Counted from the first letter of the stretch, positions 43,801 to 57,429 are shown. The stretch: 64,000 nt of DNA from Chlorokybus atmophyticus (GCA_009103225.1 RHPI01003330.1:70472-134471); one strand, 5' to 3'. Made by a program: numbers and translations. Notes: generated from the sequence alone by a model not told the origin.

Positions 43801-45552
43801 TCTAGCAAAAGGGCATTGACTTCAATGAGGTCTTTGCTCCAGCTAGCAAGCACACAACATTTTGCACCATGCTAGCTTTGGTGGTTGCTTAAACCTGGAA
43901 CTGCACCATCTTGATGTTATAACCGCGTTCCGCTACGGCGAGCTTGAAGAGGACATCTTTGTGCAACAACCTAAGGGCTACCATGAGGGAGGTTTAGATG
44001 TGGCATGCAAGCTTGTGAAGGCCTTGTATAGTCTTAAGTTGGCGCCCAGGGTTTGGCACATCCGCTTAAGCAAAGAGCTTGAGCTGCTGGGTTTTAGCTC
44101 AAGTACTGCAGACCCAGGATTCTTTATCCATGGAGAGATACATGTCCGGCTTTTGGTTTATGTTGATGACATCCTTGTTTCTGCTCAAGACTTGAAGGAC
44201 TTGGAGGGAGTCAAGGCTGGCTTGAGCAAGACCTTTGATGTACGCGACCTTGGAGAGGCCAAGTACTTCCTGAGCATTGTCATTGACAGGGATAAGCGGT
44301 CTAAGACTGCCAATTAGCCACGAGCAAATGGTTTGCAGACTTGTGGACAAGTTTGGGCTGCAAGAGGCCAAGGTTAAGGCTACCCCCTTGGCGGTAGGAG
44401 TTGAACTTATGAAGTCTAAAAGTGAGGCAAATCTGCTGGACAAGACTCCTACAGCACTTTGGTTGGGAGTCCTTTGTACTTATTAGTCCGTACTAGGCCG
44501 GATATTTCCCATGCCGTGGGAGTCTTAGCCAGGTACATGTCTGCGCCTACCATGGAGCATTGGAGGGCTGCAAAGGCGTGCATACGCTATGTGGCTGGGA
44601 CTTCCAGTGTCGGCATTACTTTTAGTGGAGGATTAACAGGTCTGGAAGTCTATTGCGATGCAGACTACGCAGGAGACTTAGACTTCTGGAAGTCCACCAC
44701 GGGTTACACATTCTCGATGAATGGTGGAGTCATCAGCTGGAGCAGCAAGCTTAAGCCCACTGTTGCAATGTATACTGCAGAGGCGGAATACATAGATGCA
44801 TCCCAGGCAGTCAAGGAGGGGCTTTGGTTACGTAAGCGGGTTGCAGACTTGGGGCTAGACCAAACTGTCATTCCCATGCACTACGACAACCAAGGGGCTA
44901 TTCGGCTTCTGAAGCACTCCATTGCTTCAATCAGGTCTAAGCACATTGATGTCATGCATCACTTTGTGCGGGAGCGCGTGGCGCTTGGAGAGGTGGAGTT
45001 CATCTATTGCAAGACCGAAGACATGCTTGCAGACTTTATGACGAAGGCTTTAACCCCTGCCAAGTTTAAGACCTGCTGCATGGGTCAGGGAATCCACTAA
45101 GCTGCCTGCGTGGGAGTGTTGGAGTTTAGGACAGGTTTAGCCGTCCTTAGACTCAAGCCAGCTTAGTCTAGCTAAGTACCCATGACTTTTGTACTTAGTA
45201 GACTCCAATTGTGACCGTTTCGTTAGAAACCGTCAGTCATAACAGTTTACACCGTTTAAGACTGTTTTTCGGTCTTATGCTGACTGGACCCGCCTTGTAT
45301 ACTATTTTAAGCTTGTATATTAAGTTCTTTGTAGTTTGACCGTTATTGGGTATAAGGGGACGCCCACACACGTTTAATATGGTTCACTTTGCTTGTGCTT
45401 AAGTCTGGTGGTGGCGGAAGCCTTGGCGTGGGCGTGGTCTGGACTGGTCTGGTTTGGCGTGGGCGTGGTCTAGTTTGGTCTTTTTCTGCTTGCACAAACG
45501 GTTTGAGGGTGTTGTGTTGTGTGTCTGCACCTAGGAAGCTTGCATCTCAACA
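40877..45552 (+). mobile_element. Ty1/copia element with an internal deletion, inserted in the G3 RT
   Basis: LTRs 40877-41308 and 45117-45552 (TGTTGG...CAACA), TSD GATAT/GATTT (1 mismatch), PBS GGTTATGGCCC. Gag, WALDSGATSH, EQNGKAER, YKARLVAKG, LLVYVDD and YCDADYAGD. Removing it restores G3 RT as KERFSVPR. Confidence 0.93.
41509..42036 (-). mobile_element. TRIM copy 2, 528 bp, identical LTRs
   Basis: 79-bp LTRs 41509-41587 and 41958-42036 are identical; TSD TGGTG; same PBS, PPT and internal region as copy 1. Interrupts the copia gag N-terminus (DKVV|IEPLGDDNY). Confidence 0.95.
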
Positions 45553-48500
45553 GATTTTCTGTGCCGAGATGTGAGGACATATTGGACAATGTGGGCAAGG
45601 CCATGTACTTCAGCAAGTTGGACTTGCTGGCAGCCTATCATCAGGTGTGGGTCGAGCCGCGTGATCGCGAGGAGACAACAATTGTGACAAAGACAGGCCT
45701 GTACAAATTCAACACCATGCCGTTTGGCTTGACCAACGCACCAGCCACCTTTCAGAGTCTGATGACGCAGGTGTTGAAAAAGCACATTGGGAAGTCCGTA
45801 CCATTGTTCTTTGACGACATTATAGTGTACTCCAGTATGAGGAGCACATGCAGCACCTGAACTTGATCATGCAAGCTTTGCGCAATGCGCAGCTGGTGGC
45901 GGCGATGGAAAAGTGCAAGTTCGCCATGTTTGAGGTTGACTTGCTCAGACATGATCCAATGGAGAATGGTGTAAAGCCACAAGCCAGCAAAATCAAGGCA
46001 ATGCAAGAGTTCCCGGTGCCAACCACACAGACACGCGTACGCTCCTTCTTAGGGCTGGCCTCATACTACAGGCGGTTTGTGGAGAACTTCTCACAGAAGG
46101 CACAGCCGCACCAGATTGACATCAAGTGCAGTGTCCTTTGTGTGGGGAGCAGCTCAGCAGCAAGCTTTTAATGAGCTGAAGAATGCTTTGACAACAGCTC
46201 CAGTGCTAAGCAGGCCAGACCTTGACTTGCCATTTATGGTTAAGACGGATGCTTCAGACTATGCCTTGGGAGCTATGCTGTCACAGCGTTTAGACAACAA
46301 GGAGCATGTTGCTTATGCAAGCTGAATGCTCAACAAGGCAGAGAGAAACTATAGTGTGACGGAGAAGGAGTGCCTCGCCATTGTGTGGAGTGTGGAGATG
46401 TGGAGGCAATACTTGCATGGCACAACCTTCACAGTTGTGACAGACCATCGTCTGCTAAAGTGGCTAATGACTACAGCTGACCCTACGGGCAAGCTCACTA
46501 GGTGGTTCCCCAAGTTGCAGGAGTATGACTTTGAGGTTGAGTATAAGCCTAAGAACAACTATGATCATGTGGATGCGCTGAGTCGCAAACCCCCCGGACT
46601 TGTACACGGCCGGGGAAGAAGTTGTGCAGGTCGGTAAGTTGGCTAAGGCCGCCCCTGAGGGTGACATCATGCAGCCATACCTTAAAGAGGAGGTGATGCC
46701 TGAGCTGGAGCCTGTGGACCTGCCAATTGTACACATGCAGGGGTTGGCTGCACATGCGGGCGTAGAGGAAATGGCGATGCTTGAGTTGGTGCCTGCAGAC
46801 CTTGGTGTACTGATGGGAGAGTTGGCTGAGCCTGCCCTTGAGGATGAAACCATTCACCCTAACATTCAAAAACAGGTAATTTTCGAATTGATACAGGTGG
46901 TGAACTTGTCAGAGGCAACACATGTGACTCCAACCATACACCCCGGATCAGGAGGGGAGGTGATGCAGGAGTTGATCGTAATGACGGCTGCGCCGGATAC
47001 AGCATGCGCTCAAGCAAGTATTACACCCGTGTGGCAGTATGCGCCAGTCGTTGATGGTGTCAATGAAGTCTGCGAGCCATGCACTGCAACAGACCACACA
47101 GCACCTGTGGCGGACATAATCACAAACGCATATTTGGCTCAGGTGAGCCAAGATGTTAAAGGGGAGGACACAGTTGAGGCTTCAGCAGCATTGCAAGCCT
47201 TACCCCAACAAAAACGTTTTCATCCAAGCCAATTGAGGATGTGATGGATGACCAAGTGTTGTTGACCTTACTAAAGACTCTTCCAGCATCACTGCGCTGC
47301 CAAAGAAGGAAAGACGGCGAGTGCGCAAACGAGCAAAGGCGTATGTCACATTCATCACGGTGATGAAGGGTAGTGAGGTCTAGACCAGACCTGTCAAACA
47401 AAGCAAGCAGAAGCGCAAGGATGATGATGAGCAATGGCAAGCGATGAGTCGCAGAGTTCCATCCAAGAACTTGAGGCAAGGGCTCATTGTAATGCATCAC
47501 GACAAGATGCACCACCCAAGTGCTAGCAAAGTGCTTGAGATGTTGCGCCCTCGATTTTTTTGATTGAGAATGATTGGGGAGGTGTTAGAGTTTGTAAACT
47601 CTTGCAAGAGCTGCCAAGAGCACCGTCGTACATTGCGTGAGCCTGCCCCGCTGCACCCTATCAAGGTGACCAGTGAAGCCTTTTACAGAGCAGAAATTGA
47701 TCTGATCGGGCCTCTGCCAGCGACTGCGAAGGGCAACAAGTACATTGTCATGGCCATTGATTACCTCACCAAGTGGGTGGCGGCAAAAACTATTCTTTCA
47801 AAGAAAGGCATACATATTCTCCAGTTTAAACTTGAAGACGTCATCTGTCGTCACGGTGTGCCTACAATCACTAAAACAGCGACGACGGCAAGGAGTTTGT
47901 GAATAGTGAAGTGCAAGACCTATTGTCATGCTACAATGTCGAGAACGCCAACTCTGCTGCTTACCACCCACAAACTAATGGGTTGGTGGAGAGGACCAAT
48001 TGAACAGTGAAGCTAGCACTGTATAAAAGCATGGTGGGTGATTGCTGGGAGCAGAACTTGCAACAGGTGTTGTTCACCTACCGTGTAGCAAAGCAACGTA
48101 GCACTCGCGTAACGCCGTTCAAGATGGTGTATCACATAGAGCCCAAGCTTCAGCTCGGCAATGTGGTCAACAACGTGGAGGTGGAGGAGCTGGACTATGC
48201 AGCAATAGAAAATGCAGACTTGGCTGCTCTATTGCTTGAGCGCAGCGAGTCGGTGAGCAAGCTGTATGGTCGTGCCCTTGTAAACATTGAGCACGCTCAG
48301 CAAAGTGAGGAGTTTGCAAGAAGAAGGCAACCACTTGACCCAACACAGATGGTTGCAGGTGGGCCAGCCTATGTTGCTGAGAACTGGTCCGAGAGCAGCG
48401 GAGTCTGCTAGCAATTGGAAGGGAGGTTATGTGGTTAAAGAAGTATGCAATACGGCCAAAACAACCATCATAATTGAGCACATGACTTTTCTGAAGCAAG

Positions 48501-50799
48501 AGACAGTGAATGTGGAGAGAATCACCCCCTTAAAAGTGAGGGGTGCAGCTGACGCCATAAGGCCTGAGTAGGCCCATATGGGCCTTCCGCGATGCCACAA
48601 TTCGCAAGCCGCGCGAAATTATGGTGACTATCGGATTGGATCTACGGCCTAGCAAGTCACGGCTGAAAATAGCAAAACAGGGGCCGATATTCGGCCGAAA
48701 TATACAAAAAACAAAGGAAAATAGATGGGTGCAGGCAGACACCGGTCAGCGGCGGCGGCAGCGGAAGAGCAGCCAGAAGCGGCGGCGACAAGTCACATCG
48801 GTGGGGCGTTTCGTCAGCTTGGCCTGTGTGTGCTGTCACCACACATGCACGAAGGGGGCGTCAGTTGGCAGCGGCGCGCATCACCTGCCGGCAAGCGGGC
48901 TGAACTGCCAAGCTAGCATGAGCAGTGATGGATTGGCTGTGATGTGGCTGTGATGGCTAAGAGCGTTGTGATGATGCTGGAGACATGGGGACGTGGCAGT
49001 CATAGCGTCATCGTATCATCATTGCTCCAGCTAGTAATCATGGTCAAGCTTGTGGCAAACTGCACAGCTGACTGAGCAGCCAGAAAATCGTTACACATGC
49101 CTTGAAAAGGGTTCATAAGGACGTTTTTGCAGCGTGGCGCCTTAAAGGAAGGCAACAGAAAGTTTAGGGGGCGCCCATAGTATCCACAAGGTGTCCCTGC
49201 CAGGTTGTACAACACCATACCCCGTCACAAGTTAGCTAATGCACCGGAGAGATCAATTTAGGTGAATGGCTGGAGGCAAGCTTGTGGGTTGGAACCCTTG
49301 TACCCACGCATGACAGCTGATGTGGAGTACCTACACCCCCACCATTAAAGAGGAATGCATGCCCCATTCTTCTGAGGCGACAAGAAAAAGAAGGTTACAC
49401 GAGAAGCACTGAAGTTCGCTTACAAACCTGATAGCACCTCTGCTGAGCTGGTACGACCTGGTAATAGCAAAGCAGCTATGAAGCGCAAATAAAAGCTACA
49501 ACAGTTTATGGGATTTAAGTTTATGCACCGGCCTACTGTTGTTGTGGGAGGAATCTTGCTGCATGGTCGTCAGCTGCATTTAGAACCTACGTACACACCA
49601 CCTGCACATGTTACTGGATTGCACGAAGGCATACTGCATCAAATGTGCCATCTCAACATGACCTGAGCAATGATGAATCGAAACTTGTCATGGGTTTGAG
49701 CATGACTGTCGACGAGATGCTAGCAGAGAGCAGTGTGGAGCAGGAGCATCAACCAATCGCAACGAATTGGGAGAGTTGTGGTGATTTTAAACTCTTGACA
49801 GAGCAGCAAACCATCAATCAACAACCACTTGCGGTTTATGATATTGTGGTTTAAGGAGGGGGGTGGGGGGCAGATTCCTGCTAGGGAGCACAGGAGGCCG
49901 TCCAGAAGCTATTTCAGCCCACAGCAATCTCTCAACCCACTCACTCCGCTTCACAACACGCTGTGGATTATGAGGAGAGCTGCTCTGCTGCCGAGCAGCT
50001 TGCTACCGACACGGTAGGCAGCGTGGAGCAGCCGCTGCCGGGGGCGGAAGCTGCTGAGGAAGTTCGCGTGTAACTTCTTGTGCCCAGGGTAGAAGCTTTT
50101 AAGGAATTCGCACGCAACTTCCTGCTACAACGGAAGCTACTACGGCAAATGCTGTACCTGTTGCGCAAGTTGTTGCGGAAGTTGTTACGGAACAGGCCCA
50201 AATGCAACCTTGCCTCCAAAGCGAAAGTCCCAATTACATCCCCGTTGGTGATCGTAGCGGTCTCAAACCCGTCTCCGCCTGCACTTGAGTCCTAAAGCAT
50301 ACCCAAAGAAAAGTCCCAACCTCGCTTAGAGATGGAGAACATGTTCAACGCCCTTAAGGGGTACATAGACAAGGCAGTGAAGGCAGGGCTAGCGGCCGTT
50401 GCTCAGGAGGGACCAAAACCAACACCGGTCGGGACTACTGATCCCGGCTCGTAAGGATCAGTACCGCAAGACTGAATCCGATCTCAGGGATCAGCGAACC
50501 TATAATAATCAGGTGGCAAGGATTGTTCGCGCTCACCGCTCCGGCCGCGGCGCTCAGTGGATGGCGATTGCGACCGCTCCCCGTGGGGCAGACCGCCACG
50601 AGGCAGGCGGTCACCAGTGCGTGCCAAGTCATCGGGAGGCAGGTCGCCGCGGCACTGGTCGCCAGTGCGGGCGCGTACGCCACGTCGTTACAGCAAGTCG
50701 CCGATGCGTCCCTGCAAGTGACGTGGCGGCGCCATCGACGGCTGTGATGGAGTCAACACCGACGGTCATGAACAATTCCCTGGATGCGGGGACCATTAA

Positions 50800-53700
50800 C
50801 ATTAGGGATGTAGCTTAATGTACACTTAAGTGTACAATTAAGTGACCTTGTGGGCACGGTTATTGCATATAGAATATAATGATTGAGCCCTTGAGATGTT
50901 TATCCTTTTCTTCTAACCCATTGGACTATCTACTAAAAGTAATTTCATCTCACTTAAATCAATTATGCATGAAATACAATAGATAGAGTTAGGATTTTAA
51001 TACTTTTTACTGTACACTTAAGTGTACAGTTATGCAAGTAATATGATGTGGTCTCAACTCATCCGGGCTGAATTGGACGTTGGGTTTGAGGTGTTGGGTG
51101 ACGGTATTGGGTCTAGTAGAGCACTTTCACATACTCACAATCCTATTAACTCCTTTTATGCCCAGAGTTACACTTGCTGGCGAGTACGCATGCGCACGCA
51201 TCAAATGTCAAATTCTGGCACAATGTGCAACTAACATTATAAGTGTTGTATACATGTTCTATGCATAAGGAAGCATTCAAGAACATCACTCAAAGCCGTA
51301 GGCACACTATTTACTAGCAAGTGTATACAAGCTCAACCAAGTCTAGCCTACACTTGTGAAGCGGATCCGCTTGGGTCCAACATCCAAGCCGTGGATGTTG
51401 TGCTCGACATGGTAGCGTTGCAAGCAACCCGGATTGCATAGCCTAACCCCGCATTGCTCACACCACAAGAGTGAGCGCTTGCCACGAGCATCAGTCCCAC
51501 GCATGTCAGCAGCACACACCACACAATACCGCTGCTGGCAACTTGCTAGTAAATAGTGTGCCTTCGGAAGGATGCGGTGTGGGGAAGTGCCTGCCAGTGT
51601 ATCTGCCAGTGGGGTCTGCACGCTCAGCAGCGGTTCTGGTCATGGTGAAGGGAGCGCCGTCCAACATGTTGTCCACGAGTTGGCCCTGCAGCTCGGTGAT
51701 AAAGTCGATGTGGGCTGCATCAGGGTGTGCATGGTTGTAGATGATCCAAGAGTTGGTGACTGCGCCGTCAAAGAGCCCCCAAAAAGCCATGTGCCACCAC
51801 TTAAACGCTACACTAGTTTGCTGCATGCTATAGCAATACGCTCAGCAAAGCCTATCATACTGATCTACAGCGTCTTTGTAGCTATTGCACTGAATGGCTG
51901 TGGAAGGGCAATCAACATCAACATGGTGGTTATCAGATTGCAACCTACTGACATTACTCATTGCAACCCCATGACTGGTCGAGAGAAAGTTTACAGGCCT
52001 TTTATTTAACCATTGCACATCAATCAATCCACTTGACGGACTGATAGCACACATAGTAGTTCCTTGCTTACAGCGTGGTGGTAGTGATAATAAACGTGCA
52101 GGATAGCCCTTCCTGTTGGTAACTATAGTTCCAGTAGCATTGTGACCATGTGCTTTGATCTATCATAGTAACGTAGGGCTAGTAAAACCTCTGTCCAAAT
52201 GGATATCGTGTTGTTGACCAGGCAGCTCAGCAAGTAGCTGCTAAACCACCACTGTATGTAAGTCAGGGCATTTAAGTTTATCGTATATGATGAAGTTGTG
52301 ACAGTAGTAGGTATTAGTGTCATTGACTTGGAAAATTTTAATCCCAAACTTGTATGGTTTACTTGGTTATATATGCGCATAGGACACATGCGGTTTCTGA
52401 TAGGGATAGTACGCTCATCAACAGTCAGTTCTTTACCCCATCTATACCAATTCTTCAAGTTCTTTTTCAACACATTAATGATAGGTAATATGTGCCATGA
52501 TTTATATTCTCTACTTTGTTTATCATATGGCCTACACCGGTTGTCATTCCAGTAAAAGTATCTTTGTATTTGTTCAAACCGTTCAAGTTTCATGAAGCGT
52601 CCAAAGTCAGGATAAGTGAGAGCACCATGACTTTCTCTCGACCAATACGACTTTATGCGGTTCATGGGGTGCAGTGCCATGGCTAAGTTCAAACCAACCC
52701 AGCGTAAAAGTTCATGCACAGAGACTGGCTACCAAGTTCTTCCGGTGGGGTTGCTTCCACGCTGATCAGCAGCATACAAGCTGGTTTGCGACACTACTTG
52801 TTGCCAAAAGGAGTACGATAGAAACAGCAACAAGACTTGAAGCGGAGAAAGCCCACTACGATTTGAAATGCCGATGGGACCAGCATTTCCTTGTGAAGGT
52901 TGTGCAAACAGCCACGGGTATGATTCATCAGCACGTCCAGTCCGCCAGTGAATGTTCTCAGTAAAATACTCTTCATCTTCAATGTCATCAACACCTTCTA
53001 ACACACCATCTAAATATAGCACACGCACAGGACCCTGCCAGCTGTTCATTTACGAATGCAACTGCATACCTTCCAACTCCAGTTCATCATTCTCCGCATC
53101 CCCCGCATCCCCTATGCTCCCCTCATCCTTCGAATTTGCTTGCTGGCGAGTGCTTGAACGCTGGCGAGGAACACCCCAGCCCCTTGTTTGGCAGGGCGCC
53201 CCATGCGCACACTGTTCCCTCTGCCTCTCCCTTTGCTAAAAACACCATCACTGCCCTCACTATCGCTCCCCTCCTCATCCTCTTCCTCCTCCTCCCCGTC
53301 ACCAGAACTGCTGCCAGAAGGCGTTGCTGCCTCCTCCTCATCGACCTCATGGTCGTCCATGTCCTCCTCGTCCTCCGCGTCAGATTTTGTGGCCCCACCA
53401 TCCTTCCCCCCCACTCCCTCCACCACACCCCTCACACACTGTGCATGCACAGATGCTTGACGCTGAGTGCTTGGCACGAGCCAAGGAGCTATGGTAGCTG
53501 TCTGTAGCTCTAGGCACTAACCGTTATACTCAAATACTACCTCCCACCTAACTCTGTTGGGCGTGCCGCCCTGTCTAAACTCCTCCACCACTGCCTTGAG
53601 CTTGGTGGTGGTGTAGGCGTTGCCAAACTGTTGCTTGGCCCATTGGACGGTGAAATAGTTTGCCAGAACCAACAGATTGCGCCCTACCCAGCCTCTATCC

Positions 53701-54029
53701 CTCCTCACGGGCGTCCCTGACCTCCCCGACATGCCCCCCTCGGACACCGCCGCCCAGGCCGCCGCCAGGGCCGCCACCCAGTTGTCAGTCACATTAGAAA
53801 ACGCGCCAACTTGGCGCGTTTTTGCATACCTAACCCCAACTTGCAATAGTGATTTCTTACTCATATGTGATCAGAAAATTATGAAACTACTTTTCCCGTG
53901 TCCTTCTCGAAATTATCTATGTAGCTATGTACATACATGCATGATTATATGTACTTATGGGCTCGATAACGCGGGGGCAAGCGGGTCCCTTTGAATGTAC
54001 ACTTACAGTGTACATTTACATCCCTAGTG
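50800..54029 (-). mobile_element. piggyBac-superfamily DNA transposon, 3230 bp
   Basis: TTAA on both sides (50796-50799 and 54030-54033), 13-bp TIR CA(T/C)TAGGGATGTA, subterminal palindromes, and a transposase remnant. Confidence 0.92.
51343..53864 (-). pseudogene. piggyBac transposase with stops and frameshifts
   Basis: LTVDE, HLDRGFTS, DAVDQYD, KWWHMAFW...AVTNSWIIY, and a C-terminal Cys-rich domain CVVC...CEQCGVRLCNPGCLQRYH. Confidence 0.88.
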
Positions 54030-54385
54030 TTAACCAATACGGCTCCAACCAGGGCCTGATAACAGCGCGGGAAGAGATAACAGGTACTGCAAGGTCAATT
54101 GGCCCATTGTGGTGGAGGCCAGGGGCAGGAAGATTGGCATTAACGGCAAGAGCGGCTTCCACCCCATTACCATGCAGTTGCCACATGACGAGAGAAGTAT
54201 ATGTATTACACAATCCATGTCACGGCGGGCAATGAGGGAGAACTCGGAGGGTATTGTGATCGCTCTGCAGCCGGGACCAGTGCGGCCACCCCAGCAGCAT
54301 GTGGCTATGTAATTTCCGACATCCCCGGACTTCATATGAGTGACATAGTAAAACCCAGGTGGGTTTTATGTTGGTGGGGAGGGGC

Positions 54386-55011
54386 TTTTCATGGCTGTGG
54401 GTAGCGAACGGGTGCCCGTTGAAAATGGAGTGATCGGGCCGCGTGGCCCGATCACACGACAACAACGAAGCATCATGCGCGGAGCGCGAAGGCCGCCCGA
54501 TGAAGGGCGATGATGAGGTGCTATATCAACGGCCGATAAGTGTTGGTGTAGTTAAGTAAATGTTGGTTAATTATATAACCATATGACGGCATAATAAAGC
54601 AGTTAGCCACGGGTCTTAGTACAGGACATAATTGTAATTAACTAGGGAGGATGCCCTAGTGTGGCTATTGCTAGCATGTAATAGTTTATTCATTCACCAG
54701 ATACTGGTTAATAAGCTCATTTATTATTGCATGCATAGCTGAAAAAAGATCGGTGACAAGCGTATACAAGCAGCTTCTTGGGCTCAGTTGTAGGAGCCCG
54801 GGAACCGCCATCACTTCAAGCAGCTTTAATACAAAAATGTCTTCTGAACTTGAGTGAATGATGCATGGCGTGCTTATGAATGCCAATATGAATGTTGCTC
54901 ATCTCCTCTCCGGGTGGGCATGAGCGGTGGTTTTGTGCTAACATTTTGCACAGGCAATTCTCGAGAGGGTGGCGGTAACTGCGCCACCACCGGTCACTCG
55001 CCGGCTTTTCA
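54386..55011 (+). repeat. G3 3' LTR
   Basis: Homologous to 37427-38064, ends CTTTTCA, preceded by purine-rich GGGGAGGGG. Confidence 0.8.
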
Positions 55012-56514
55012 TAGACTTGTGGCATATATCGGCGAGTTATTGGTCTGCCGCGGATATTAACCGGGGCCCCAAGACCAGTCCGGAAGGTGCCGGCAAACGG
55101 AGGGCCAGTCGAGAAGGGCTCGACCAAATTTGTAGAAGGGCCTGGCGCCAAGTAGTATAACTTGACCATATGAGCACCTAATTAGGAGATCTTTGATGCG
55201 TATGAAAGGTTTAGAAGTATACTACAAGGTTCAATAACATCTTAACACCTGATTATGTGTAGCACGGGAATCGTCTAGACAGTAGCATGTGCAGACTGGT
55301 AGGTATAAAAGCGACATTCTACAATGTGCAATACAACCTTTAGCTTCCTAGTTTCTGGTGTGCAAGCTTCGTGGTGGTTAGCAGGGGTTGCTAACGTGTG
55401 TCCACTGGTGTGTGCTTGCTTGTGTGACAATACAAGGCGCTACACAAGTCCGTGTGTAGCTTCGAGCGCATGCGCGTGCGTACGCGAGTGGCGGGGCGCG
55501 CTTGTGCCCTTGGCAGAGGGGGCAAGGTTTCGGTGTGAATACCGTGTCTTGATGAGAGGGTTGTTGATTGGACCAACTCACAGGTGACAAGGCACGAGCA
55601 CCGTCATACTTAAAATTCGGTTGGCAACTTGCAGTAGTGAAGTCCATTGCACTTGAAGTAACTCACTTTTTGAAAGAAGTCCATTACTCGACTGAGAACG
55701 CTTACGTTGCGGTTTACCACTGCGGTCGGTTTGGGCTTTTTTAGTGAGAATTGAAAGAACTTACACACGCACGCTTGCGCATTCAAGCTAATCGAACCGT
55801 TTAAAGGCGGTTGAATAAGCTTGATTTTTGCGACCTATAATGTTCACATTCTTTTACATATGAACTTTCAACCTCTCACTACAATGTATACCCAATTGCA
55901 ACACATGTGCTGCAATTGGGTATACATTGTTAAAGCCTTAAGCTTATATACAAGGAGTTGGAGCCGCAAAGTAATTGTGTACATTAGTCATAATCCACGC
56001 ACATGTGTAGCCTGCGGTTCTGCTTAGATACGCAGAGAGTGCGAGAAGAGCAAGGCAAGGCACAAGTAGATTTTGATTGCGAAAGCCCTTGTTGGGCAAG
56101 AGCAAGGACATCAGCGTCACCTATCATTTAAATTGCAGAGGTGTTAGCGTTGCCTTCGCTGTGAGCAGCATGCACATCGGCGCTACAGTTGCTGCGGTCC
56201 TTGGGGGTTTCACTCGACGTTTATGCAAACGTATTTAATGTAAGGGAGTGCGATGTGCTGTGCGTATGCATGCTGCATGCCAATGGGCGCAAACCCTAAC
56301 GATGCAGCCACAGCATGGTGTATGACGCAGTTGTGGGTGGAGGTGGTGATGTGGGCGGAGGAGGAGGGGGAGTCTGTTGGGTCTGCTGCTGCTGCTGCTG
56401 CCTCGGCTAAGACTGGGCCGCTAACCAACGGCCGTTGTGCAGGTGAACGCATATGCATGTGTATGCTTACATGGCTAACCGTGTGGTAGGGATAGTGCAG
56501 CGCGTAAGGTAGTG

Positions 56515-56610
56515 AATGAACCCGGTGGTCAACCTGACAATGGTGTTGTTGGTATGCGCTATGTCACTCTGCTTGCTGCTGACTGTGCATGCTACTATGC
56601 ATGTGCATTG
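56515..56610 (+). repeat. Dispersed intergenic repeat, family B copy
   Basis: ATGAACCCGGTGGTCAACCTGACAATGGTG...CTATGTCACT...CTATGCATGTG matches 16830-16920. Confidence 0.6.
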
Positions 56611-57429
56611 CCGTTTCGCACTGTGTGTACATAGCCACATATGCACATGTGCGCATGCCACAAAGTGTAGTACACAACAGATAGCTGATCACCAGCAGGG
56701 GCAAGTCAACCAAGCAAGCACAGCATAGCAAAAACTTCTCAAAGCGCACACAGCAAGCAAGCAAACAAAAAGACAACGGGGTGGGGGACCCCCTAAGCTA
56801 CAGCTAAGTGCACTAGCTGTAGACCGGGGGTGGGGGCAGGGGGAGAGGGCAGCAAGGGACTCACCTGCAGCATTGCGCAGGGAGATGTTAGTGAGCCAGC
56901 GGCGTCGCAAGACGGCTTTGACTGCTAAGTCCCAGTATATCTTTGATAAACTAGCATACATCTCGTACATAGTCTGTACACTGTGCATCTTGGCGCATTA
57001 ACTTGGCGAGAGTGTTGGTAGCCCGCTTAAAGCATTGCTCATTGTCGCGGCATTATAGAGCCACGAATCACTGACCTTGATTCTGACCTCACAACCAAAG
57101 GCGTAAGTTGACAGAAGCAGGGGTGCAACAACTCCACTAGCAGGCACATTAGTGTGCACATGCACTGCAATCCTCAAACTGCTGTGGTCCAGCATGTGGC
57201 AGATACTTGGCGCTACACTGTTACAAACTGGCAATGATCAGTCAAGACACAGCCCTGATGAGATATCTACGACCTTATCCGGTCGCAACCACACCAGCCA
57301 AGAATACAGGTCAAACAGCGCGCAACATCTTAGTCAACGACATGCACACTTGCAACCCACCGCAAGACTCAAACCCCTACAACTGTTGCTACTGCGCGTC
57401 CCCGCAACTTGAACCCAACATCAGCCTCA

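Larger units (their letters stand above)
37427..55011 (+). mobile_element. Large Ty3/gypsy element (G3) with ~630-bp LTRs, carrying nested copia, TRIM and piggyBac
   Basis: LTRs at about 37427-38064 and 54386-55011; PBS TGGTATCGGAGC at 38065-38076; gag about 38860-39620; protease AVTDTGAS; RT split by the copia; RNase H; integrase to about 48570. Exact LTR start and TSD not resolved. Confidence 0.85.

Noticed and set aside
37362-55600. Exact TSD for G3 and right end of the G2 3' LTR
   Set aside because: No matching 5-bp flanks found (the left LTR lacks the terminal CA), and no G2 5' LTR is available for comparison. Boundaries are left approximate.
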